Origin: an uncultured Acidobacteriaceae bacterium
GTDB taxonomy: Bacteria; Acidobacteriota; Terriglobia; Terriglobales; Acidobacteriaceae
NCBI GenBank assembly: GCA_963815025.1
Contig: CAWFFD010000001.1
Location: forward strand, 1,781-65,780
Direction: 5' to 3'
DNA: 64,000 nucleotides
The notes beneath the pieces are model-generated. The model was not told where the DNA came from, did not search any database, and was given only the letters and a program-made list of their open reading frames with translations. Within the stretch, counting starts at the first letter, position 1. Every line of letters begins with the position of its first letter. The position numbers and the translations under genes are program-made. Of the stretch, positions 62,856-64,000 are shown in pieces.

Positions 62856-64000
<1,145 letters not shown>

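Overview
High-GC, strongly GC3-biased chromosomal segment. By inference it comes from a Terriglobia-type acidobacterium: it carries a TIGR03436-like VWA protein, a CarboxypepD_reg-fused TonB-receptor-like barrel, and GTCATCCTGAGCG-type dispersed repeats. I can support about 55 protein genes and one tRNA-Val(CAC). Most genes are housekeeping or metabolic: trmFO, queC, moeA, moaC, lhr, egtB-egtD, GH27 and GH36 alpha-galactosidases, proline dehydrogenase, IHF/HU, an M3 peptidase, a fused aroD-aroE, pgsA and gdhA. There are also several envelope or secreted proteins of unknown role. I found no CRISPR array, transposase, integrase, prophage or recognisable defence system, so I cannot point to a clear novel system. 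Five observations stand out. (1) A composite REP/MITE-like repeat family has at least 9 copies. Two copies sit in frame inside lhr and are translated in two different frames. (2) There are about 16 single-base reading-frame breaks, clustered at 40.4-44.4 kb and 61.8-63.5 kb. They include compensating pairs in gdhA and in a Big_2/beta-propeller lipoprotein gene, while the longest genes are intact. (3) A translationally coupled operon encodes a secreted beta-domain protein, a TonB-receptor-like barrel and a VWA protein. (4) Three isolated homologues lack their usual partners: GvpL/F, a mini-secretin and a pseudo-receiver. (5) A five-gene membrane-protein/wHTH operon is preceded by twin perfect palindromes. 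All function calls rest on motifs I recognised by eye. No database search was run.
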